Part shown: in pieces, positions 17,179 through 25,679 of the stretch
Position numbering within the stretch: position 1 is the first letter of the stretch
Layout: each line of letters opens with the position of its first letter
Source of the DNA: PVC group bacterium
Lineage (GTDB): Bacteria; Omnitrophota; Gorgyraeia; B26-G9
Reading direction: 5' to 3'
Assembly (NCBI GenBank): GCA_024231215.1
Contig: JAAEQR010000142.1
Location: 228,593-292,592 of the forward strand
DNA: 64,000 nucleotides
Program-made: the position numbers and the translations under genes
Notes under the pieces: generated by a model
What the model saw: only the letters and a program-made list of their open reading frames with translations
What the model was told of the DNA's origin: nothing
Database searches by the model: none

Positions 17179-18909
17179 TTATTCCGCAGAGGTAACTCTC
17201 AGCACTTCTTCTAAAGTCGTCTTACCCGCCAAGAAATTAATTAACCCGGCATCACGCAAGGTTACCATATTACATTCTTTTTTAGCATAACGTTTAATTT
17301 CATCGCTAGAGGAACGATTCATAATCATTTCTCTTATCGAATCATTAACAACCATGATTTCAATCATGGCAAAACGCCCTCGATATCCGGAACCGCTGCA
17401 ATAATTACAACCTTTGCCTTTATATACCGTAATATCTTCACTTTTCTTATCTAATCCTAAACGATCCAATACCGACTGCGGCACTTCATACTGTTCCTTG
17501 CATTTATCACAAATTTTACGCGCAAGCCTTTGCGCAACCACAGCAACCACACTCGAAGAGATCAAAAAAGGCTCAATCCCCATATCAATAAGCCTGGTTA
17601 CTGCACCCGGGGCGTCATTTGTATGCAGTGTACTAAGAAGCATAGCTCCGGTCAAAGCCGCTTTTATTGCGATATCACCTGTTTCAAAATCCCGGATTTC
17701 CCCAACCATTAAAACATCAGGGTTTTGCCTTAATATTGAGCGCAATCCAGAAGAAAAAGTTAAACCAATATCCGGCTTAACCTGCACCTGAGTAATCCCT
17801 TCTACTTGATATTCAACCGGATCCTCAATTGTAATAAGATTTTTATCCGGAGTATTCAACCGATTAAGCACTGAATATAATGTGGTTGATTTACCGCTAC
17901 CCGTAGGCCCGGTAACCAAGATCATTCCATACGGCCGGTTAATCGCAAAATTGAAATTGGTCAAAGCCTCCGGCAGAAACCCTAAAGCTTCAAGCCCAAT
18001 ACTTAAATTGGCCTTATCTAAAGCACGCATAACTACTTTTTCACCAAAACTTATCGGTAATACAGAAACACGAAAATCAACTTCCTTCTTCTCAAATTTA
18101 ACTTTAAACCTTCCGTCCTGAGGAATAAGACGCTGGGTAATATCCAAATTTGACATTATCTTCAAACGAGCCGCGATCGCATTTTGAATTTTTTTTGGCA
18201 AAACCGCTGCCTCATGCAAAGCTCCATCGATGCGATATCTTACACGTATATTGTGCTCATAAGGCTCAATGTGAATATCCGATGCCCTCTTAAGTAAAGA
18301 TTCTGCAATTAAAGCATCGATCATTTTAACAATCGGAGCTTCTTCACTGGAACGAATTACATCTCCGATATCTACTTGATCCTGCTGACCTACAACCTCA
18401 ATATCTTCATCCTGAATATTTTTAACCAAGTCATCCAAAGAAGCAGCTGCTTTTTGAGCTTCGGCACCTGCAGGATGATACAACCTATTGATTGCCTTTC
18501 CCACCGTACCTAAAGAGCATACAGCCGGATTCACATCATAACCGGTAAGCGCCTTTATATCATCAACTGCCAATACATTCAGGGGATCACTCATCGCCAC
18601 AGTAAGAATATTACCCACATGAGATATAGCTAAAAGATGATAATGCTGTGCAACGTGCTCAGGAATAATTTTTATAAGTTTTTCCGGAGCTTTAAACTTT
18701 TCAAGATTAATAAGTGGAATGCTTAAATAATGACAGAAACAAACAGCAATGTCTTCCTCACTTACAAACTTTTCTTCCACTAATATAGCCGCTAGTTGAC
18801 CACCTTTTTGTTGTTGAATATTCAAGGCTTTGTCAATATCGTCTTTTTCTACCAGTTTGTAGTCAAGTAATAACTCATTAAGCCGTTTTTTAATTCTGCT
18901 TCTGCGCAT
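17179..18909 (-). CDS. pilB: Type IV pilus assembly ATPase PilB/GspE family, paralog 1
   Basis: MshEN-like N-terminal domain, Walker A GPTGSGKSTTLYS, Asp/His boxes, C-terminal tetracysteine. Confidence 0.85.
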   Translation of the reverse strand: MRRSRIKKRLNELLLDYKLVEKDDIDKALNIQQQKGGQLAAILVEEKFVSEEDIAVCFCHYLSIPLINLEKFKAPEKLIKIIPEHVAQHYHLLAISHVGNILTVAMSDPLNVLAVDDIKALTGYDVNPAVCSLGTVGKAINRLYHPAGAEAQKAAASLDDLVKNIQDEDIEVVGQQDQVDIGDVIRSSEEAPIVKMIDALIAESLLKRASDIHIEPYEHNIRVRYRIDGALHEAAVLPKKIQNAIAARLKIMSNLDITQRLIPQDGRFKVKFEKKEVDFRVSVLPISFGEKVVMRALDKANLSIGLEALGFLPEALTNFNFAINRPYGMILVTGPTGSGKSTTLYSVLNRLNTPDKNLITIEDPVEYQVEGITQVQVKPDIGLTFSSGLRSILRQNPDVLMVGEIRDFETGDIAIKAALTGAMLLSTLHTNDAPGAVTRLIDMGIEPFLISSSVVAVVAQRLARKICDKCKEQYEVPQSVLDRLGLDKKSEDITVYKGKGCNYCSGSGYRGRFAMIEIMVVNDSIREMIMNRSSSDEIKRYAKKECNMVTLRDAGLINFLAGKTTLEEVLRVTSAE

Positions 18910-18923
18910 AAAAATCTTTCTTC

Positions 18924-20639
18924 TTAGTCTGCTACGGTCAACCGCGTAATCTCTTCTAAAGTAGTAAGTCCTTTTAACACTTTAATAACTCCGTTCTCCC
19001 GTAACGTAACCATCCCTTCTTCGCGTGCTTTTTGCTTAATTATTCCTTCTTGGGCTTTTTTCATAACTAAGTCCCTGATATCAGGCGTAAATGGCAAAAC
19101 CTCACAAAGTCCCAACCTCCCCCAGTAACCGGTATTCTTGCATTTATTACATCCTTTTGCCCTAAAAACTTCTTTATGTTCTTCGGCAATATGAAATTTT
19201 TTTTTGATCTCCGGCGTAATCGGATAAGGCTCTTTACAAACCTGACAAATCTTACGAATCAATCGCTGCGCACAAACCACTAAGCAGGAAGATGTAATTA
19301 AAAATGGTTCTATCCCCATATTTACCATTCTTGTAACTGCACCGGCAGCTTCGGTAGTATGCAAAGTACTTAGAACCAAATGACCGGTTAACGCTGCCTT
19401 TATCGATATATCTAACGTTGCTGTGTCTCGTATTTCACCTACCATGATTATATCCGGATCCTGTCGCAAAAAAGAACGCAAAGCTCCGGAAAAGGTAAGC
19501 CCTACATCAGGATTAACGTTTACCTGATTTACCCCTTCCATCTGATACTCAACCGGATCTTCGGCGGTAACTACATTTAATTCCGGGTCATCCACATATC
19601 GCAATACAGAATAAAGAGTTGTTGATTTTCCACTGCCGGTGGGGCCCACAACAAGGATTAGTCCATGCGGCTCCTGCGCAAGTTTCTTTAATTTCTCCAT
19701 GGGTTTAGTCTCAAAACCCAAACTATCCAGATCCAAAATAACCGCGGTTTTATCCAAAACACGCAAAGCCACTTTCTCCCCATGACTTGACGGCATTATG
19801 GAAACACGGAAATCAACTTCCCGACCATGTATTTTAATTTTAAACCGGCCATCCTGAGGTAATCTGTGTTCAGCAATATTTAAAACAGACATGACTTTAA
19901 TACGCGAAACAATTGCCTCCTGCATTGACTGCGGCGGCGCAGGAAATTCCTGCAAAATCCCGTCAAGACGATAACGTATACGCAATCTTTTTTCCTGAGG
20001 TTCTATAAGGATATCACTCGCTCTGTTTTTTATTGCTTCAGCAAGAATCATGTTTGTTACCTTTACTACCGGAGTATCTTCTAGCTGTCTAAGCAATTCT
20101 TGGGTATTATCCGTTTTGACATCAACGTCTTCAGTATCCTGAAAGACTTCTATATCCATATCCTTTACATCTTCAATTATCGACTGCATTTGATCGTTGG
20201 TTGTAGTATTATAGTAATCTTCGATAGCTTTCTTAATGTCTTTTTCCGTCGCAATAACCACCTTAAGCTGATAATTAGTTAATACTTTAAGCTCATCAAT
20301 TGCCAAGATATTAAGCGGATCGACCATCGCCACGGTTAATATCTTACCAATCTTGGAAACCGCAATCGCCTGGTATTTATTCGCAAGCTCTTTTGGAATA
20401 ATTTGTACCACATCCTGGTTTATTTTAAATTTAGAGAGATTTATAGGAGGAATGTTTAGACTTTGACTTAAGACAATAACAAGGTCTTTCTGACTAATAT
20501 ACCCCATTGTTGTCAAAACTTCACTCAGACGTCTGCCGCTTTCTTTCTGAGAAGCAATTGCTTCATCCAACTGCTCCTTAGTCAAAAAATTGGACCTTGT
20601 TAAAACTTCCAGCATTTTTTCTTTTATGCCTTGAACCAT
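18924..20639 (-). CDS. pilB: Type IV pilus assembly ATPase PilB/GspE family, paralog 2
   Basis: N-terminal T2SSE_N-like domain, Walker A VVGPTGSGKSTTLYS, C-terminal tetracysteine (CQVCKEPY...CNKCKNTGYWGR). Confidence 0.85.
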   Translation of the reverse strand: MVQGIKEKMLEVLTRSNFLTKEQLDEAIASQKESGRRLSEVLTTMGYISQKDLVIVLSQSLNIPPINLSKFKINQDVVQIIPKELANKYQAIAVSKIGKILTVAMVDPLNILAIDELKVLTNYQLKVVIATEKDIKKAIEDYYNTTTNDQMQSIIEDVKDMDIEVFQDTEDVDVKTDNTQELLRQLEDTPVVKVTNMILAEAIKNRASDILIEPQEKRLRIRYRLDGILQEFPAPPQSMQEAIVSRIKVMSVLNIAEHRLPQDGRFKIKIHGREVDFRVSIMPSSHGEKVALRVLDKTAVILDLDSLGFETKPMEKLKKLAQEPHGLILVVGPTGSGKSTTLYSVLRYVDDPELNVVTAEDPVEYQMEGVNQVNVNPDVGLTFSGALRSFLRQDPDIIMVGEIRDTATLDISIKAALTGHLVLSTLHTTEAAGAVTRMVNMGIEPFLITSSCLVVCAQRLIRKICQVCKEPYPITPEIKKKFHIAEEHKEVFRAKGCNKCKNTGYWGRLGLCEVLPFTPDIRDLVMKKAQEGIIKQKAREEGMVTLRENGVIKVLKGLTTLEEITRLTVAD

Positions 20640-20663
20640 TTGATCAACCTCAACAAGATATGA

Positions 20664-21272
20664 TTAGGCGTAGTATTTAGCTATCGCGTTATTAATATCC
20701 GAAAATGTGGAAATAAATGCTTCGACATCCAATTCCGTCATTTTCTTAATTTGGTCTTTTGCAGAGGTATTAAGAGGGTCGGCCATAGCCAGGGTAAGAA
20801 TATTGCCGATTTTATCTATCGGAATAAGCGAATATTTAACGGCAATATCTTTTGAGACAAGTTTTACTAGTTCTGCATCGATCTCATAATTTTCCAACTC
20901 TAGATAAGGAAACCCAAACTGAGTAACCAGAGCACTTACTAAATCTTCTTCACTAATATGTCCCAAATCAATACTGTGCTGAGATAATGCTCCCCCCTTA
21001 GTTTCCTGGAGTTTCACTGCTTCATCAAGCTGTTCCTGCGTAAGCATCCCCATTTCCAACAAAACATTTTCTAACTTCTGAGCCCGGTGAGTTTGCTCAT
21101 AAATACTTTCTTCAATTTGTTCACGTGTAACAAATTGAAGCTTAACTAAAATCTGTCCTACCAACCCCCCCTCTTGCAGCTGTACCTCCAACGCCTTCTG
21201 CAGCTGCTCCTGAGTAATTAGTTTTTTCTCAATTAAAATTTGGCCTATTGGTTTAGTTCTTGCCTTTTTCAA
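20664..21272 (-). CDS. Standalone T2SSE_N/MshEN-like domain protein, candidate c-di-GMP receptor
   Basis: 202 aa with no ATPase domain. Repeated 24-residue segments (PIGQILIEKKLITQEQLQKALEVQ; KLENVLLEMGMLTQEQLDEAVKLQ) fit the MshEN c-di-GMP-binding motif. C-terminal GSPII_E_N fold (ILTLAMADPLN). Confidence 0.6.
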   Translation of the reverse strand: MKKARTKPIGQILIEKKLITQEQLQKALEVQLQEGGLVGQILVKLQFVTREQIEESIYEQTHRAQKLENVLLEMGMLTQEQLDEAVKLQETKGGALSQHSIDLGHISEEDLVSALVTQFGFPYLELENYEIDAELVKLVSKDIAVKYSLIPIDKIGNILTLAMADPLNTSAKDQIKKMTELDVEAFISTFSDINNAIAKYYA

Positions 21273-21284
21273 TTTTACCTATCC

Positions 21285-22349
21285 CTATCTTTTGAACAAG
21301 CGGACTAAATCATCCGTGTCCGTTGAACGCGACATCGCTTCTTCATAAGAAATAAGCTTCCTGGTATACAAATCATATAGAGCCTGATTCATCGTCTGCA
21401 TATTATCTTTCTGTCCGGTCTGCATTATGGAATATATCTGATGCACTTTTTGTTCTCTGACCATACTTTTCACAGCCGGAGTAGCAACCATAACCTCAGA
21501 AGCCAATACACGACCGAATCCACCTACTTTAGGAATCAACTGCTGGGAAAGTATCCCTACCATAACAAAAGACAGCTGTGTACGTACCTGCTGTTGTTGA
21601 TGAGAAGGAAAAACATCAATAATTCGGTTAACTGTCTGAACCGCATCGGAAGTATGCAGAGTAGCAAACACCAAATGTCCGGTTTCCGCAATAGTTAAAG
21701 CAGCTTCTATCGTTTCTAAATCCCGCATTTCTCCGACAAGAATAACATCCGGATCCTGTCGCAAAATATGTTTTAAAGCCAGCGCAAAAGTTTTTGTATC
21801 TTGTCCAATTTCCCGCTGATCCACAACAGACAGTTTATTTGAGTGTACAAATTCTATAGGATCTTCCACGGTTATAATATGGCATGCGCGCTCTTCATTA
21901 ATTTTATCTACAATCGATGCCAAGGTTGTTGACTTTCCACTCCCCGTAGCTCCGGTTACAAGCACAAGCCCCTTTGGCTTACGAGCCAACTCCGTCACAA
22001 TTTTCACAGGTAATCCACATTCTGCAAAACTCAGAATTTTAAACGGAATAGCCCTAATCGCAGTTCCGACAAAGCCTCTTTGCCAAAAAACGTTCATACG
22101 AAAACGGCTCAATCCTTCTATCTCAAAAGAACGATCAAGTTCCCTGTTTTTTTCAAACTTTGCTATTTCTTCCGGATTCAAAACTCCATAAATAATCTCT
22201 TTGACATCTTCGCCGGATAAAGGCGACATATCCAATGAGACTATTTTCTCATCAATTCGTAAATGCGGTGGTGAATGTGCACTTAAATGAAGATCTGAAG
22301 CATTGCGTTCAATTAATACACGCAACATCTGAGATAATTCAGCTGCCAT
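21285..22349 (-). CDS. pilT: Twitching motility retraction ATPase PilT
   Basis: 354 aa with the PilT N-terminus ...RNASDLHLSAHSPPHLRIDEK, Walker A GATGSGKSTTLAS and AIRNLIRE-like segment. Confidence 0.9.
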   Translation of the reverse strand: MAAELSQMLRVLIERNASDLHLSAHSPPHLRIDEKIVSLDMSPLSGEDVKEIIYGVLNPEEIAKFEKNRELDRSFEIEGLSRFRMNVFWQRGFVGTAIRAIPFKILSFAECGLPVKIVTELARKPKGLVLVTGATGSGKSTTLASIVDKINEERACHIITVEDPIEFVHSNKLSVVDQREIGQDTKTFALALKHILRQDPDVILVGEMRDLETIEAALTIAETGHLVFATLHTSDAVQTVNRIIDVFPSHQQQQVRTQLSFVMVGILSQQLIPKVGGFGRVLASEVMVATPAVKSMVREQKVHQIYSIMQTGQKDNMQTMNQALYDLYTRKLISYEEAMSRSTDTDDLVRLFKR

Positions 22350-22758
22350 CTTTCTCCTCTTTTTTTTCTTCCGTACGTGATAAACCTTTATGGATTCTTA
22401 ATGCCGTATGAATCAACCGAGCTGCCTCTTCAAACCCTTTTTCTTTAGCAAAAAATCCGGAAATTCCAAGCTCTGTAGCTTGTTTCAGATTTTCCATTGT
22501 ACCGTATGCGCTAAAAATAACTATAGGAATTTGTTTATTAACCTGACGTATTGCGGTAAGTATTTCTATCCCATTCATCCCAGGGAGTTTTAAGTCAAGA
22601 AAAATAATCTGATAATCTCCCGTTTGAACCTGGTCTACTACTTTTTCTCCGCTATATAGCACATCTGCCTCAAAATCTCTGCTTTTGAGCCAAAATTGCA
22701 TCATATTTATGAAATCTACCTCATCATCCACTAGTAAAACTTTAATTTTCTCACTCAT
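22339..22758 (-). CDS. Single-domain response regulator (CheY/PilH-like receiver)
   Basis: 139 aa REC with the conserved DD, D and K positions. Lies between the two pilT paralogs. Confidence 0.8.
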   Translation of the reverse strand: MSEKIKVLLVDDEVDFINMMQFWLKSRDFEADVLYSGEKVVDQVQTGDYQIIFLDLKLPGMNGIEILTAIRQVNKQIPIVIFSAYGTMENLKQATELGISGFFAKEKGFEEAARLIHTALRIHKGLSRTEEKKEEKDGS

Positions 22759-22779
22759 GAGTCCCTGCCCCCCTCCAGA

Positions 22780-23853
22780 TTAAGAACGACCAGACTTAAA
22801 AAAACGTTTAAAATCATCATGATCAGTTACGTATAAAGACGCATCCTGATAATTAATAATTCCCTGTTTATATAATTCAAATAAAGATTGATTCATTGTC
22901 CTCATGCCATCTTTCTGTCCTGTCTGTATCAATGAAAAAATCTGATGAATCTTTTCTTCTCTGATCATGGCTTTAACCCCAAAATTAGCTATCATTAATT
23001 CCGTAGCTAACGCTCTTCCCTGCTTATCTGCACGCGGAATTAATTGTTGTGAAATAGTAGCCAAAAGAACAAATGATAATTGCGTACGTACTTGTGCCTG
23101 CTGAGACGCAGGAAAAACATCCACAACACGATTAATTGTTTGCACACAGTCGGAGGTATGTAATGTAGCAAACACCAAATGCCCTGTTTCTGCGATATTT
23201 AATGCTGCCTGAATTGTCTCTAGATCTCTTAGCTCGCCGATCAAAATAACATCCGGATCTTGTCTTAACACATATTTCAGTGCCTCTCCGAAGGAATTAG
23301 TATCAGTACCGATCTCTCGCTGAGAAATTAAACTTTTTCTATTATCATGCACAAATTCAATAGGATCTTCTACAGTAACAATATGACATTGTCTCTCGGA
23401 ATTTATATGATTAACCATCGCCGAAAGAGTAGTAGTTTTACCTACCCCGGTAGCTCCGGTTACTAAAACCAATCCACTCTGGCTGCGGCAAATCTGTAAA
23501 ATTTGTTCTTCAGGAAGTCCCAATTCCCTAAAATGCGGCAAAGCACCAGGAATACACCGCAGCGACGCGCATACAGTACCCCGATGGAAAAACACATTCA
23601 TCCGAAAACGCCCTGCATTTTCAATATAGCACGATTTATCCAGTTCTTTATATGTTTCAAAATGTTTTATTTCATCGGGGGTAAGCATAGAATAAATAAG
23701 TAATTTAGAATCATCCGGAGATAGTTCCGGATAGTCTAAGATAAGCAATTTTGAGTCCACTCTTACCTGCGGAGGGCTATCGGTATGAATATGCAAATCC
23801 GATGCCCTTCGTTCGATCATGATTTTAGCGAGAGTTTCAATATTAAATTCCAT
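22780..23853 (-). CDS. PilT-family ATPase, second paralog (PilT/PilU)
   Basis: 357 aa with Walker A GATGVGKTTTLSA. PilT-like throughout. Confidence 0.85.
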   Translation of the reverse strand: MEFNIETLAKIMIERRASDLHIHTDSPPQVRVDSKLLILDYPELSPDDSKLLIYSMLTPDEIKHFETYKELDKSCYIENAGRFRMNVFFHRGTVCASLRCIPGALPHFRELGLPEEQILQICRSQSGLVLVTGATGVGKTTTLSAMVNHINSERQCHIVTVEDPIEFVHDNRKSLISQREIGTDTNSFGEALKYVLRQDPDVILIGELRDLETIQAALNIAETGHLVFATLHTSDCVQTINRVVDVFPASQQAQVRTQLSFVLLATISQQLIPRADKQGRALATELMIANFGVKAMIREEKIHQIFSLIQTGQKDGMRTMNQSLFELYKQGIINYQDASLYVTDHDDFKRFFKSGRS

Positions 23854-23915
23854 CTAAAAATCCTTTTTCTAAATAGTTGGGTTTAAAAAAACTATAGCAT
23901 ACAAACGATGTAATG

Positions 23916-25679
23916 TCAACCAGTTAAACCCGGGGGGAGCAACTGATTATTTGCACCACAATCTATATGCCCCCAGGGCAATGATTCTGTCTGCTCCCGG
24001 GGTTTACACACATATTCCTGGGCACCAAGAGCATGTTGCCCCAATGCTTCTTTCCAAATATTAGAATTAAACATATTCGACCAGCCATCAAATCTAGCTC
24101 CCAATCGAAATGCTTTTTCCAGCACCACATGCAAGCTTCTATCTCCACGACATAGATACGCTTCTAAAAAACTCATTTTTACATCATGAAAGCTTATGTC
24201 AATATTTTTAGCTCTCAGTTTTGACCTCAAAAATTCCTGTTTATTTAAAAGAACGTCAGTTTTCTCCATACCCATCCATTGAAAAGGCGTATGCGGCTTG
24301 GGAATAAAATTAGAAATACTCACATTAATTTGTCCGCGCCTGCCATCAACTTCTTTTCTTAATAAAGTAAATTCTTTAACCAGCGCAACAATACTTTCTA
24401 AATCTTCTTCCGTTTCAGTCGGCAAACCGATCATAAAATAAAGTTTTAATTTCTTCCAGCCTAAACGGTATGCCTCTAAAACAGCTTCTTTTAAACGCTG
24501 AATATCAATCTGCTTGTTTATCAACCGGCGCAAACGTTCACTACCTGCTTCCGGAGCAAACGTCAGTCCGCTCTTTTTCAGTCCCCCCATTAAAGCAAGA
24601 ATACCGGAAAAATCCTTATTAACCCGCAACGACGGTAAAGAAATACCCACCCCTTTCTCCTGACATGATGAATGAAGCCGGCTAATAACCTCCTGCAAAT
24701 GCGGATAATTAGCACTGGAAAGCGCACAAAAAGAAATTTTCTCATAGCCGGTATTACGATATGACTCTTCTGCTAACTGAATCACTTTTTCCGCACTGCG
24801 TATACGAACTGGCTTGGTTACAAATCCCGCCTGACAAAAGAAACACTGGTTAGGACACCCTCTCATTATTTCCAAGCTAATCCGATCATGTACAATTTCA
24901 ACATACGGTACCGGCGGCGAAACAGGGAATTCTGCAGCATCTAAATCTTCCACATATCTTCTTTTTATACTGCAAGGGATATCCTGATCCCGGGCCGTAA
25001 CACTTACAATCATCCCATTCTCAACCTCAGGATTATAAAACCGAGGCACATAAACCCCCTCAATATTTGCGAGTTTTAATAATAACTTTTCTTTTGCTTG
25101 GGCATATACTTCTAAATCACTTTCCGGAATATGCGTAACAGTATCTTTAAACTCACGACAAGCGGCAACAAGCTCCAGAATCAACTCTTCGGCTTCTCCG
25201 ACAACAAAAACATCAATAAATTCTGCCATAGGTTCAGGATTATATGCGCAAGGCCCTCCGGCGATAATTAAAGGAGCTCGCACACGGTCTTTGGAATATA
25301 GGGGGATATTAGCCAGATCCAACATGTTCAGGACATTAGTAAAAGAAAGTTCATATTGCAGAGAAAAACCAATAACATCAAATTCCTGCAAAGAACGCTG
25401 GCTTTCTAAACTCATTAGGGGGATGGCTTGTTCTCGCAGGACTTTCTCCATATCAGTCCAGGGAGCAAAACAACGTTCGCAAAATACATCCTTTTGTTTA
25501 TTCAAGATATGATAAAGCACTTTCATGCCAAGATGACTCATACCTATTTCATAAACATCGGGAAAACATAAAACAAAGTTAAACGTATCCGGAGTTATCT
25601 CTTTATTTATACTATTAAATTCCCGGCCGATATATCGGCCCGGCTTTTGCACATCAAGTAAAAATTTTTCTATTTCCAT
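23916..25679 (-). CDS. Radical SAM protein with N-terminal B12-binding-like domain (TIGR03960-like)
   Basis: CPNQCFFCQAG radical-SAM cysteine motif. 587 aa. Confidence 0.7.
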   Translation of the reverse strand: MEIEKFLLDVQKPGRYIGREFNSINKEITPDTFNFVLCFPDVYEIGMSHLGMKVLYHILNKQKDVFCERCFAPWTDMEKVLREQAIPLMSLESQRSLQEFDVIGFSLQYELSFTNVLNMLDLANIPLYSKDRVRAPLIIAGGPCAYNPEPMAEFIDVFVVGEAEELILELVAACREFKDTVTHIPESDLEVYAQAKEKLLLKLANIEGVYVPRFYNPEVENGMIVSVTARDQDIPCSIKRRYVEDLDAAEFPVSPPVPYVEIVHDRISLEIMRGCPNQCFFCQAGFVTKPVRIRSAEKVIQLAEESYRNTGYEKISFCALSSANYPHLQEVISRLHSSCQEKGVGISLPSLRVNKDFSGILALMGGLKKSGLTFAPEAGSERLRRLINKQIDIQRLKEAVLEAYRLGWKKLKLYFMIGLPTETEEDLESIVALVKEFTLLRKEVDGRRGQINVSISNFIPKPHTPFQWMGMEKTDVLLNKQEFLRSKLRAKNIDISFHDVKMSFLEAYLCRGDRSLHVVLEKAFRLGARFDGWSNMFNSNIWKEALGQHALGAQEYVCKPREQTESLPWGHIDCGANNQLLPPGLTG

